A stretch of 64,000 nt of DNA from contig JBPGPT010000013.1 in NCBI GenBank assembly GCA_051047955.1, positions 186,001-250,000 of the forward strand, read 5' to 3'. Positions 37,951 through 50,424 of this stretch are shown here, piece after piece; within the stretch, counting starts at the first letter, position 1; every line of letters begins with the position of its first letter. The notes beneath the pieces are model-generated. The model was not told where the DNA came from. It saw only the letters and a list, made by a program, of their open reading frames with translations, and made no database searches. The position numbers and the translations under genes were made by a program. The DNA comes from Cystobasidiomycetes sp. EMM_F5. Lineage: Eukaryota.

Positions 37951-39306
37951 CTACTCTGGCATGTCCCAGACACGCACAACTCCATCACTATCAGCTGAAA
38001 TCATTTCGTTTCTATCCTCGAGTATGATCAAGTCTCCGCTTCCGAAATAGCCCATGCCTTTCGAAGCTGCCCCTTTGATTGGATCAACCCTAAAGACTTG
38101 GCTGCCCTTGTTATCGAGAACATATAGCCGTTCGTCGCCAGTCTTGAATGCGACTCTGTCAGTCTTGCCGATATACGTAACGTTTGAAATTTCTGGACAC
38201 CGTGGAAACCGCGCATCGGGCATCTGTTCGACCCGAAATTTCCAATCCATTGTCCAAGACGTGGTGTCGACGTATTGGATGATTCCCTGGTCGCCCCCAG
38301 CTATCAAGCTGGAACCATCACTGCTTATTGCCAATGATCGGATCCATCCACCAAATCCCTCGATTGTTGCCAACTTCTGGCCAGTCGAAGTGCTCCATAC
38401 GTGGACTTTACGATCTCCACTACCGACAGCTAGCCAGGTGCTGTCCTTTGCAAATATGCCTGCCCAGTTCTGGTTCTCGGCGCCTGTCAGGATGTATAGC
38501 CTCTGTCCGGTCTCGGCATCCCATAGGATGGCAGTGTGATCCCAGCTTGAAGTAGCTAGATACTTGCCATTCGGGCTCTGACCCACCCACATGATGGCTT
38601 CGTTGTTGCGAAACCCTCCCAGGGAGCGCGGATCGTCTGGGAGTTCCGGGTGGGATACAGTATAAGTGACATTCTTTGTTGCAATGTCAATCGCTTGCAT
38701 CAAGTTGCGCTCTGCCATGAGAAACAGCAATTTCCCATCGTTTGAGAACGGCCTACTCCCAAAGCTGGGCAGTGTACCTCTGTAGCATTCCTTACGGAGA
38801 ATATCACGCTCAATACTGGCAAACGACAGACTTTCCTTTACATCTCGGAGGAGGTCAGCCTTGATGGCCTCTGTCTCGTCGTCTGACCACTTCTCGTTGT
38901 CGCGGAGGGTGTTGAGGGTGTAGTCTACAGACTTCTGAGCGATATCGTCTAGGCTGTTTGTGTTTGTAAGGATGGAAACTTTGCTCTTCGACGCAAGAGA
39001 GTCAGTCGGTACAGGGTAGAGCTTGAGTGTCCCTTGCGAGGCCATTCCCCGTCTGAACGGTGCACCATTCTCCACCGCTAGGATGGCCCCAGATTGCCCG
39101 AACCGCAGCTTGCCCGAGTCATTTGCACCCAGCCCTGCGGGTATAGTATGTACTCTCCTCCAGTCAGCGTCATATATCTCGATATCCCCATTCCCTGCGA
39201 CTACTGCAAAGTGGTTGCTGGCTGTATCGCAGGCCAACCTCGTCACTCGCTCTCCGTTCGAAAACTCGAGTGCCCGGCGTTCTTGTCCCCAGTGCGTGGT
39301 AGCCAT
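37951..39306 (-). CDS. WD40-repeat protein, intronless
   Basis: 451-aa ORF with SPNGKYLATSSWDHTAILWD, GSGDRKVHVWS, SADSDGVVRVWD. Confidence 0.85.
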   Translation of the reverse strand: MATTHWGQERRALEFSNGERVTRLACDTASNHFAVVAGNGDIEIYDADWRRVHTIPAGLGANDSGKLRFGQSGAILAVENGAPFRRGMASQGTLKLYPVPTDSLASKSKVSILTNTNSLDDIAQKSVDYTLNTLRDNEKWSDDETEAIKADLLRDVKESLSFASIERDILRKECYRGTLPSFGSRPFSNDGKLLFLMAERNLMQAIDIATKNVTYTVSHPELPDDPRSLGGFRNNEAIMWVGQSPNGKYLATSSWDHTAILWDAETGQRLYILTGAENQNWAGIFAKDSTWLAVGSGDRKVHVWSTSTGQKLATIEGFGGWIRSLAISSDGSSLIAGGDQGIIQYVDTTSWTMDWKFRVEQMPDARFPRCPEISNVTYIGKTDRVAFKTGDERLYVLDNKGSQVFRVDPIKGAASKGMGYFGSGDLIILEDRNEMISADSDGVVRVWDMPE

Positions 39307-39517
39307 CCTGTGGTCACTGTGGACGATGCAGGATACTCCTACTCCATGGCTGTGCTGTTGCGCGCTTTTCCATCAAGTCACCAAGACAACCCGTCAATGC
39401 GGTGGCAAGACGATGACTTTGTGCAGGAATGCAGGGTGAGGCAGCTTTCTTTCCTTCTTTCCATTCCAAAAGAGTAATATTCTCATTACTACACTCAATA
39501 AACCACAAATCACAACC

Positions 39518-40523
39518 ATGTCCATCTCGTCTGCACTCTCCGGGTCAGTCTGGTCATCGTATCGCAAGCCGCACAGCCTCGAGCACTGACACTGATACTA
39601 TTACATGCAGCCTCAGCACCTCCTGCGCTGGCTCGCTCACTACCCTCCTCACGTCCAACTTTGCGACCTGCGCTGATGTCCTCCAGCTCGCATCAGTGTG
39701 AGTCGCCAAAAGCAGTCGCGCAGGTGGCGTCAAGAGCCAGGAATGCGCAGCGAAGGATACAGCACACTGACGCGTTGTATGCGTGGACATCCAGCGCATC
39801 GTCCTCGGGGTCCATTGTACAGCCTTTGAATACCTGGATTACAGGTCAGTCGGATGCAAGGGACCGTGCGCCAGTCGCGATAACTGACTGCTATCCCGAA
39901 AAGACATTTGCACAAACTCGCCATGCACAAGCTCCGACTTGTCCAGCGCAAACAGCACGCTCAACTCGGGGTGCAGCGGCGACCTCAAGAGTGGGGCACT
40001 CATTCCGACGGCACTGTCCCAAATAATCACAAATTACAACGGCGTACGCGACCTTCTCTGCACAAAGTACCGCTCAAACAACACCTACTGCATCACGCAA
40101 ACACTCGGAGCAGCCCAGAATGCAACAGGGACACAGTTTACAATCTCCCAATTGACCTCGCTGATGTCTGGACAAGACACTGCCAACTTCCTAAGTGCAA
40201 TTCCAAAGAGCAGTTACTGCACAGACTGTGGACACGCCATCACGACAGAAGCTCTCAAAATCGTGCAAAACGTCCAGTCAAGCGCCGTATCGACCGTACA
40301 ATCGGCTGCTAGCGGAAAGTGCGGAGCCAACTTTTCAGATGGCTCTCTACCGTCCACAATCACGACAACCTCTACGGCCAACAGCACATCTGCAAACGCT
40401 GCATCCGCATCTACCAAGCCCAACGCGGCAGCTCATGTGACCACTCCGCACTTCTTGTCCGTCAAGTCGCTGGCCATCCTTGGAACCCTCTTTGCAGCCG
40501 CGCTGGGCGCGACTATTGCATGA
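39518..40523 (+). CDS. Cys-rich putative GPI-anchored surface protein, paralog 1
   Basis: 10 Cys (LSTSC, FATC, CTNSPC, SGC, LLC, YC, YCTDC, KCG); S/T linker; hydrophobic C-terminus. Confidence 0.8.
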
Positions 40524-41136
40524 TCTGACACTAAGAAACGCAAAATCGTGGAAACACGCACTCGCATCATGTAGCATCTCCTCTACCTTTTTGAGCTGTG
40601 CATCGACTATTCCTTCTTGCACTACGATCACATCATTCTGTCACGGACAATTGTATCAACAAAGATAATGTTTCTGCAATACACGTCAGGCAAAAATAGC
40701 TCGCTAACGCGCAGCTCACCTCCAGAGTGGTTGTGATTGATAATTCAGCACTCCCTTATGCCTGACTAAGTTGCTGCACTGTCGGTGTCCCGAGCTGACA
40801 CGTAATCTCACACTGAGCGGGCTCACGCGAAGAGTGTCCACATATAAGCAATCTACAAACATGTCCAGACTGCCTGTATCGGGTCGCATCCGGCATCCAA
40901 AAACCCTCTGAAGAGTGGACTCAAGAGAGCAGATCTGATCGTCCCCTTGATAGTGACCCGGGTTTAAAGCGAGGAGGCGAGGCCAAGCCATTTGCGAGTC
41001 GTACTCTGGCTCAGCTAGGAGTGATCTGGCTCGTCACAGTCTCGCTGCATAACTAAAGCTGTACACAGGCTTTCCGATCCTTCGGTATAAGTCGATCCTC
41101 TCACCTCGCTGCGCCCCTCTCCTCCGCCATACAAGC

Positions 41137-42419
41137 ATGCGTACTGCTCGAGCATTGACCGCTGTACCCACGACACTTGTCCTGCTTGCCTTGCAAGTCA
41201 GTTACGCTACCGCGGTCACACCCAGTCTCGGTGGAGATCTGTCATCAGCCATCAAATCGTGCGTCTCCCAGCCTAGAAATAGCTATACATCAGTGGGACT
41301 TGCTGATTTTTCGATTTGTGCTTAGGTTGAGTCAGAAATGTCAAGCGAGATTGGCACCTATCATCAGCAGTAATTTCGCAACGTGCGTAATCACTGCTCA
41401 CGCGAATAATGATGTTATGAAACGCTGACCTTGGCGTTTATAGTTGCATCGATCTTACGGACCTTGCTGCCATCATGGCCGTCTCGTCTACGCAAAGTGT
41501 TTTGCCGAAGCTTGAGGTCGGTTGAGTATACGAGAGCGTGATGTTTCGGGTACATGAGCTGACTTGAACGAATGCTTCCCAGACATGGATCGACGGTATT
41601 GCTACGGAGTCGCCCTGTCAAACTTCGGATCTATCAGGTGCGCTTTGATAAAGGATCTTATTTGGAGGATGTCGGTAGGCTAAAGTGGAGATATGGTTCA
41701 GGTGTCAAACAAGCTTTGGACAGCTCTTGCAGTCAAGGAACGGACGCGACCAATCCTACCGTAGTGGCTCTCAATGCACTGGTTGTCAATTATTCTCAAC
41801 TCCGAGATCTGCTTACTATTCAACAGAATAACGTTACTACTAGCCCGTACTGTGTACCTGATGTCCTCGAGCAAGCTCAGGTAAGGGTCAAATATACGAG
41901 TTGTCAATCATGGGTCGTTGATCTTGGTGCAACAGAATGGTACAGGCCGTGTATTCTCCAAGGACAATCTTCAGAAGTTCTTGAGCGGTAGTTCCACCCA
42001 GATGGTAGAGATGTTCCAGTCGCTCAAACCTGACGTTTACTGCAACAGTAAGTGGTCGAAGGCGATTTGATGGAATGGACATTTGACTGACAACGGGTTC
42101 ATCATAGCCTGCGGACAAGGCAGTCAGTAATTTGGCACATGTGCGCGGTTTTCGCTAACGCGTCTGTGCGGTTCGTATTTTAGTTGTCTCCAAGACGATA
42201 GCGTTGCTAGCTCATCAGAATACGACAAGCGGTACTCAGCAATCGGACGACCTCAAGAAGAACTTCGTTGATAAGTGCGGATCACAGTTCTCGAGTAATT
42301 TGGATGGATCACTTCCAACTGGCCTTGCGCAGCCCAGCAGCAGTGCCGACTATCGATTCACGATGGCTTCTGTCACCACGCTCGTCTTTGCAGCTGTGCT
42401 GACGTTATGGATAGCTTGA
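41137..42419 (+). CDS. Cys-rich putative GPI-anchored surface protein, paralog 2
   Basis: Signal peptide MRTARALTAVPTTLVLLALQVSYA; LSQKC..SNFATC; NYSQLRDL; YC; KCGSQF; hydrophobic tail. Confidence 0.8.
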
Positions 42420-42789
42420 CGTTATGTGTATGCCGATAACAGTGTACCTGTCATTTTCTTCTACTAAATTTCTGAGTCGCGTCTTTTGACTAGTAGAACT
42501 CGTACGATAAAGAGCTGTCCTCTGTGTCGATTGCTAACCTAGCCAATGTTTCTTGCTCCTATTTCACTGCTCCCTCCCAAAATATCTGACACATTCAGCC
42601 GCTCACCCTCAAGCTGACTCCCTTTCAGTATAGCGGCTGCATCGCCTCGCGATGCACACAACCATGACCTCTCCGAAATCACCGAGCGCAATGGCCGCTC
42701 AGAGCTCGTTGGTCTGCCAATACGCATGCACATGCACTGATCACCCGACTCTGTTTACACGCTCACTACATAATTTGCACCTCACTGGT

Positions 42790-43882
42790 ATGAGGTCACG
42801 CACGCTCTTTACGACACTCACCTACTTGGCACTGGCCGGCCTCAAAGGCTGTACTGCAAGCACAAATCTTAATACTGAATTCGCGTCGCTCAGCGCGAGC
42901 TGTCAGAAGCTACTGAAATCATACGCTACAACGTCTTCGACCATAGGTACATGTACCGGTGTAGGGGTAAGCGGGCCCTTACCCGCTAAGAGAGTGTCAC
43001 GGTCATAGACTGAAAGCGACCGGTCCGGTGCCGAACGCTCCATACACAGAACCTAGTAGTCGGCTTAGCAGCCAACGGCAAGGAGGACAGCGGCGCGAAA
43101 GGCACGTCTGTCTTACCATCTGTGGCTGGATGGCTCTCCGATACTTGCGGCGGAAAAGGCTGCACAAAATCTGCTCTCAAGAACGGCATCAGTCAGGTGG
43201 AGAGCGAGTGCTCCGATGACCTGGATAAGAAGTCATACCTGCCTCTCCTCGTTAAGTCTCTACTTGAGAACTTTGATGAAGTGCGGAAGGTATCGTGCGA
43301 GGTATGTATAGGCACGACTTGCGTGAATGACAAAGTTCTTACTACGTGGTTTTATATACAGCATCAGAAAAGCAACAAGAAAGAATACTGTGCAAGTGTC
43401 GTCCTTGACAGCTTCGAGGTAGGCGTATCTGGCGAGCTCTTGTCAAGAGTCAGCTGACACCGCTGCGAGTTACAGCAAGCTAGCGGACACGATTTTGACC
43501 TGGACTTTTTCTCGGCAGTCGTTGTGCAGGTGAGTCGTGCAGATACCGCACATGACAAAGCTGACTATGTATCGTGTCATAGCCTTTGGCATTTATAAAT
43601 TCACTCAACGGAAAGGACTGGTGTACAGTCTGCTTAAATGATATGGTCGTAAAGTCAGAGCCAGTCATACACGACATGGGCCAAAGCTACGTCAAGCAGA
43701 CGAATCAGCTCCTCAAAGACAAGTGTGGAGCTAAATTTAAACCGTCACAAGCACAAAAAGGCATCACTGAGGCTACCGGCAAAGCGGCCCTGAAATTCGA
43801 TAGTGCTGCTATGCCGCAGATACCGTTGGCTGATCTGGGCCTGTTGGTACCATTGCTACCAATTCTCATAGCCCTACACTAG
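42790..43882 (+). CDS. Cys-rich putative GPI-anchored surface protein, paralog 3
   Basis: Signal peptide MRSRTLFTTLTYLALAG; LSASC, GTC, TCGGKGC, NFDEVRKVSC, EYC, WCTVC, KCGAKF; hydrophobic tail. Confidence 0.8.
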
Positions 43883-43991
43883 TGAAATCGACTAGCGGTG
43901 TGCCCATCTCGCTCTGTAGAAAGCTCCTTTAATGTCACCCGAAACCGTCAACGCCGAATACATACATGCTTCGCAACGGAGCCATTCGGCA

Positions 43992-45553
43992 ATGTCACTG
44001 GAGGCCAGCTTCCCGAATTTGCGGAGGACTGGCGAGCATCAACTCGGCAGACACCCGGCGATGCCCCCTTTGACTGACAGTATCCTCGCCCTCACTGCGG
44101 AGCAGTGCTCTGGCTTGGTTTCTGAAATTTGCTCTGAGTGTACGATTCCGGCCACTCCCCTGTAACTCTATCACTCCCAATCAATCATCACCAATATCAG
44201 TGTACACCATGTTGATGCAATCCAATCCGTGGTTAGTCAGTGCGGGCATAGCTCGGACGAGCTCCCTGGCTGGCTCCGCATTAGCATCAACAATCGCCGT
44301 TGGGTCCGATACCTTCAAGCCGCTATCGGAAATATCCAACACCAACACTGCGACCGGCACTTTAACGGGTGCCACTGGAGGGAAGCTGAATGTTGCATCG
44401 TCTTCATCATCAACGAGCAGCACCTCCGTCGTTTTGTCCGGAACAGCAGTCGCCTCGGGCGCTGCGAACTCGTCAGCAACTGGCTTGAGCGCAAGTTCTA
44501 CTGCCGCAACGACCACTGCTTCGTCACTCAACACTGGTCCAGCTTTAGCGTCTCCTCTTCCGATCAACGGCTACACCTTGAGCTCGCACTGGTCATCCCT
44601 TAGCAATACCTGCAAAGCGCAATTACAACTCATCGTCAATAAGTCAGAATTTGGTACTTGCTCTGGCATCAGCAAGCTGTACAGTGATCTGGTATCCAAC
44701 GCTGCAGTGGTAGGTCTCGCTGGTGGACCCCAGAGTCGATGTAGCTGAGACGCCCGTCCAGGATGCCTCGACGAATCTTGTGCCCATGGTCAAGGATTGG
44801 TTAGATGGCTACGCATGCAAGCCGAAGCCATGCGAAAGCTCAGTAGTCAACAAAGCCCTGCAGGATGTCTCAGCAGCTTGTAAGACGGACATGGACAACA
44901 AGAACTGGATTGCAACAGCAGTCAATGGTGGCATGCTCGTAAGTCATACCCTGCGGATCTGAGCATAAATCCTGAGTTAGCCTACAGAACTTCGAGACGC
45001 TGAGGGAGGCCGGCTGCCAGAAGGATACGAAGACCGACGAGTTCTGCCCAGTCGAGGTCCTCAATAGCATCTCTTCGACAGGAATACCGATTACTTGGGC
45101 AAACGCCCAGAAGATTATGCCAGATCCCCTTCCACCGCTTCAAGCCATTCCCAAATCGTCTTACTGCACATCGTGTGGACACGCCTTGGCTACTGGTCTC
45201 CTAAAGAGTCTGTCGCTTGTCGACACCAATATGCACGACCAGGTCAAGAACTGGGTCGAGAAACAGTGCGGTAGTAAGTCAGCCTTCGAATTCGCGGCCT
45301 CGGTGTCCTTCCATGCTAAAGTCATGCGAATTCAGCTGCATTTGGCGACGAGGAGTATCCGAGCGACCTTGTGGATGGATCAAAGCCCACAGTTGCTGCG
45401 TCATCTGCGGCAGCAACAGGATCGTCTACAGCCTCGTCCGGCGGCGATGGGTCCGGAGGATTCGACAGTGGTTCAGCCAAGGCCATGGACAGGTCCCTCA
45501 TTACTACCGCTGGGCTTCTTCTTGGTACTGTCATACTGTTTTTGGCCATGTAG
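43992..45553 (+). CDS. Cys-rich putative GPI-anchored surface protein, paralog 4 (S/T-rich N-terminal extension; start uncertain)
   Basis: LSNTC..EFGTC, ACKPKPC, NFETLREAGC, EFC, IPKSSYCTSCGHA, QCG; ends LLLGTVILFLAM. Confidence 0.75.
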
Positions 45554-45674
45554 TTCACGCTTTACCGGCTTTGTGTTGTCAGATGAAAAAGAGAAAGCGG
45601 AAATGCCTATTGTTGTACCAAGAAATGATTGCAGGGCTTCTGCTGGACAGAGATCGTTCTACTCTACTCTATCA

Positions 45675-48600
45675 TCAGGAAGGTGGACCTTGCTGCATCC
45701 GCTGCTTTGCCTTCATCCTGCCGAGTTCAGAGGTGCCCCAGCTCCCAGCACCAGCTTGCTCGCTCGCATCGACGCCTGCAACTCCTCGGATCAGACGAGG
45801 AACCCACTTTCATGATCAAAAGATAGTTAGACGTACCTTTGCTGGCACCGATGCCGGCACCAGCAGAGAATGCTTTCGCCTGGATAGGGGCAACCCGGCC
45901 AGCACTTTCAGAGCCAAGACCCTTACCTGCAGACCAACCCATGTTGGCCAGCAATTTCGAGCCGATATTGCTTTCTTCAATATGTTTCTCCGGTGCTGAC
46001 ACTACGGGTTTTGGTGCCGGCTCGCTATTCTTCTTGTGCTTCTTTTGGAGCGGTACATGCTCCGGCTGATTGTAGGCGAGTCTCCGTTCGAGAGCACGGT
46101 CGCGGTATTGTGAGGAAGTCGTATCTACCTGACTACCGGCAGGAAGCGCTGCCACAGCTTCGAGGGTTGTGCGAACTTTGGCTTCGTCGCCCAGATTCGT
46201 CTGAACGGCATGAAATCAGCTTGGGCTGGTTCGGTAGACAACGACCGGCTACTCACTTTATGGAGAGCGGATTGCTCATTATGTCGCTGCAGTTGATCGA
46301 GGCTCTTGAATTGACGCTGGCACAAAAGACATTTCGGTAAGGCGAGATCGCTTGTATCAGCGTATGAGAAATCGGGCTGGCTCTGTTCTTCGTTCTCAGA
46401 TTCCGGGAGAGCATGCTTCTCTGGGCGTGATGCAGTTACAATAGGAGCCTTTGTCGGAAGTTTCGACTGTTCAAAAATTTGAATATATGCGACGTCAGAC
46501 CTTTGTTCATCAGCATGAAGTATTTCCGGTCTCAATGTACGACAGCAGGCGTAGGTGCGTCTCTAGCTGAGACGTCAGGAACATCGTCTTCTGCCTTTTT
46601 TTGATTCCACTTGTTGATATCGACGGCGATCTGTACGGTAGCGACATCGGGTCGTTGAACGAGCGCATTTTAGCAAATCTGCAATCGAAGGGTAGTGCAA
46701 AGCTACCGCTGTGAGAATGGACCTTTTTCGATATGATGAGTTCCGTGCCGCCTTTCTTTTTCTCTGGAGGTAATAAGTAAATGTCAGTCGCGTACATGCA
46801 CCAAAATGAGCCTGTCTGAAACTCACCCTTCGGAATCAGCCCTTGTGGTCTGACAGTCGTGAAGTTAGCTTAAATGTCCACGCAAATGAATATTGTACGA
46901 AAGCTGGCAGGCGGGCGTACACTGAGCCAAACAGATTCAGACTGATAGCAGGCGGAGCTTTAACGACTTCGGCCGGATGATCCTTCTCCAGAGAGCTCAA
47001 GAATGCATCGACGTCTGCGGCTTTCGTGTCGTCTAGCTGCTTCGTTTCGAGAGCGCTTCGATAAGCGGGATCATCGAAAACTGCACCGTACGCATTGTCG
47101 TCCCAGTACTGATATTCTTGACGTTTGCCATCAGCCTCTTCTTCCGAGAAGGACCAAGTTGTTTTGGCATATGCCTTGCTGAAGCAGCCCACTCTTGCAA
47201 ACGTCACCGCTACGAGTTTGTCGGCAATCGTAAATCCAGTTGGAAAAGCTACTGGGTCGATAATGGTACGAAGCGCAGCTTTTGCGCACTGTATGCAAAT
47301 GTGTGTGTCGATAGGCATGTGAGGAAACGTAAGCAACGTCTAGTCGGGCCTTTAAACATGGTCGCGACTCGTCTGACCTCCTCGTCCGGATAGACGACAA
47401 ATGCAAAACACCACGAGGCATTTGTAATCTTGTCCTTGATGAGTACTACGCGTCGAGAGCCTTTTGCATTCTTGACCCGGTCGATTGTCGCTTCGTCCAT
47501 GTTTCCGAGTCGGCGCGTGATGTCTACGGCTTGCGTAAGCGGATCCAATCCACGGACTAACAGGATCTATGCGCATTGTAGGCGATGTTAGCGCAGAGAC
47601 ATGTCTGCAAATCAAAAAAATTGTACCTTGTTGGCAGAACTTCCCATATCGCCACTGCCATCGTTGAGCTGCATGGGTCTGCTCTCAACTTCCGCTTCTC
47701 GCTGCAGCTCCCTCCCTGCTGCATATAGTCTATTGGCACGATCAAAGGGGACGTCCATGCACAAACTCACCCCGATTACGGACATCAGAGTCTGACGGTC
47801 GCTTATCGCTCGAGGCATAGTCGATGCGAATCTTGGTGCCGTCTTCTGTAATGTCGTGTGAGCCTCTCGACTTCCATAATACGTGGTCGAAATTGGCTTC
47901 TACGAAGGCTGCAAGCGGCATTTAGGTCAGCAAGCTGATGGCGTACGAAAGTGTCGAGGACGCACCCCTTGCATGCTCTAGTGATATGAAGCGCACGAAT
48001 CCAAATCTCTTACTCTGCCCGGTCTGCTTGTCTATGACTATTGTTGCATTCTCCACGGCAGACGGATCGTCTGGATGGGCTTTAAATTCGTCGATGAATG
48101 AGCGGACATCGTCCTCGGTCGCCATCTGCGGCAGACCGATGAGTATGACAGAGTTGTTTGGAGCTGTATTTGGCCTCCTTCTGGGTCGGTCTGGCCTGGC
48201 TGCTGGAGCCTGGTCGGCGTACTCTCGATAATCTTGGCCGGCATATCCGCCTGCACTAGACGTCGAAGGGGGACTTGGAAAGCGAATTAGGCTTCTATCG
48301 TAGCCGCCACTGTCGAAATGGGGTGCATAGTCTGGTTGATGGCGTGGCTGCTCCTGGTATGGCCGGTAGTCTGGCTCGTCGTGTGAACTGCCATACCCGC
48401 GCCCGCCTGGGTTGCGGTCGTCGTGCTCTCTCGTGCTGTACTGGTCGTGCTGCCATCGTTGAGTGTGATGGCTGCTGTGTCCGTCGTTGGTATATCGATG
48501 ATCCTGCCTGTTCCCACGGCGCTGCATGTCTCAAGTCAGCGTCACTCTAACATCGACCTGGCTGCACCTCACCTGGCCATGACCATGACCATTTCCATTC

Positions 48601-48752
48601 CCGTATCCTCCTCTGTGCGTTGCGTGTCCTTCCTGGCGGTCATATTGTAAATATTGCTGATCCTGACTGAATCCTGGACGATAGCCCTGCTCATATTGCA
48701 CATCCTGCCCATGACTGCCATACTGCGGCCTGTACGAGTCGCGGTGAGCCAT
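45675..48752 (-). CDS. RBM5/RBM10-like splicing regulator (RRMs, zinc fingers, G-patch)
   Basis: RRM (SVILIGLP..SKRFGFVRF); second RRM (SWCFAFVVY); C2H2 CLLCQRQF..HNEQSALH; G-patch NIGSKLLANMGWSAGKGLG. Confidence 0.88.
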
Positions 48753-48846
48753 TATATCAGTCGAGTACTTTACGTCTCTGGATGGTCAGAAGCAGACCTG
48801 TTTCACTCCAATTAAAGCCATGACTTGGTGAATATTTCACCAAACC

Positions 48847-49745
48847 ATGCTCATACCGCCCCATGGCTTTGAGCGAGTATCGTCCGAGCTGTACGTATCG
48901 ACGCTCCCCCACCCTCGCTCAGTCAAGTTCCTCCGTCTCCTCGCGATATCGTCCGTCATCCATCTCGCTCCAAAGGACCCGGCAAAGCTCGAGCTGAGCA
49001 GCGAGGTCAAGGAATGGCTGGAAAGTGTTGGGCACTGCAGGTGGCTCCACGTAGAAAAGGTCAAGGGGCAGGGAAAGGTCGTCCTGACGCTTTCGACGGC
49101 CAAGGCAGCTCTCGAGGTGGGCAAGCAGTGGACAGTGATGATGATATGGACGACTGACGGATGACTACACAGACTATCCTCGCAGCTCCTCCACCGACGC
49201 TCGTCACCGGCTTTGAAGGAATGGAGAGCGTAGCCCTCCTGCGCGCATGTCTCCGCAAACTCCAGTGCTGGGACATGTCGTCCATCCAGAGCGAGCTCGC
49301 GAGATCCATTCCCCTCTCCCTCGACGCCCTCCATATCCGCTTCGTCAACCAGTTCTGCAGCCTCTCGCCCGTTAGTATGCCCGTACCCCGGGCGCATGTA
49401 AGCGCACACTCTCCACTCGAGGATGCACGACAATCAGCCACTGCGCAATCAGCTACACTGTCACTGCCGTCGCCCGACAAGCTGCCGAAATGGCTGTTTC
49501 TCGGTTTCCGCTCTCCGTCAGCTCTTCTATACGGAGGACAGTACGAACAGGCCAGTGCATGCATGCGCGAACTGACTTGGCATCCGACGATGCGTATTGC
49601 TTATCCGGACTGCGAACTGCTTTCAGAGCGGGCAATGGACAGACATTTGCCGCTGGATGGCGACTACGATGCTCTGCCAACGCCGCGCTGCCACAAGACA
49701 GCGGCTTCATCTCCCGAACGACCAGATCCGCTATCGACATTCTAA
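48847..49745 (+). CDS. Oca/Siw14-family (PFA-DSP) phosphatase-like protein, probably inactive
   Basis: LIPPHGFERVSSELY..P.PRSVKFL..L; ACLRKLQCWD.SSI..EL.R; no HCx5R motif. Confidence 0.75.
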
Positions 49746-50424
49746 GCTATAGGAAGCGTCCGGTATGTGTCATAGGGCGCTATCGGCGCACCATCCTGGT
49801 AACAAACCATCTGCGTACGTACGACATTCCAGCGAGAACGGCAAAGGGAACTGTGGACATATCAGGTTATCGATCATGGTCTGCTCAACGCAGCTGCTCA
49901 CATCATATCCCCGCACGCCGGCCCGATGCTGCTCCACCAGCTGCAATATGTGACCAATCTGCCCCTCATGCACAAAGTGCTGACGAGCGTACATGAATGC
50001 AGCCAGGGCTTTCCTCTGTAGCATCTTACCGTCTTGCAGACGCTCCTCGAGTAGCTGTAGGATACCCTGCGATGCTACGTCAGAAAATCCTCCGAGAAAC
50101 CTGGCGAGTTTGCCATTCTCTCACCTCGGCAGTCAAATCCGTCTCGAGCGCGACGATCATGTAGCTCACAGCTGCCTCCGACTCGGTCGGCACTGTTCAA
50201 TTCGTCAGGCCAGTAAAGCGCGAAATCGGGATACATACTCTCTGCCACAATGACCTATAAGTATGGTCAACAAGCGAGCACGAGTACGGCCAGGAAACGG
50301 ATGCCACGCATCCCAGACTTACGCATCCAGAAAGCATAGCCATCACCCATTCTCTCGACATGCCTCGATTAGAGTTGCTTTAAAGCATTCTTCAGCTGTG
50401 GTGCATGGCGGTGTGTACCGGATC

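Noticed and set aside
37517..38050. 177-aa plus-strand ORF between CIA2 and the WD40 gene
   Set aside because: Non-ATG start, overlaps the WD40 3' end, no recognisable features
49750..50420. Largest apparently empty spacer, checked for ncRNA or a small gene
   Set aside because: Only short uninformative ORFs; no convincing structure or splice pattern
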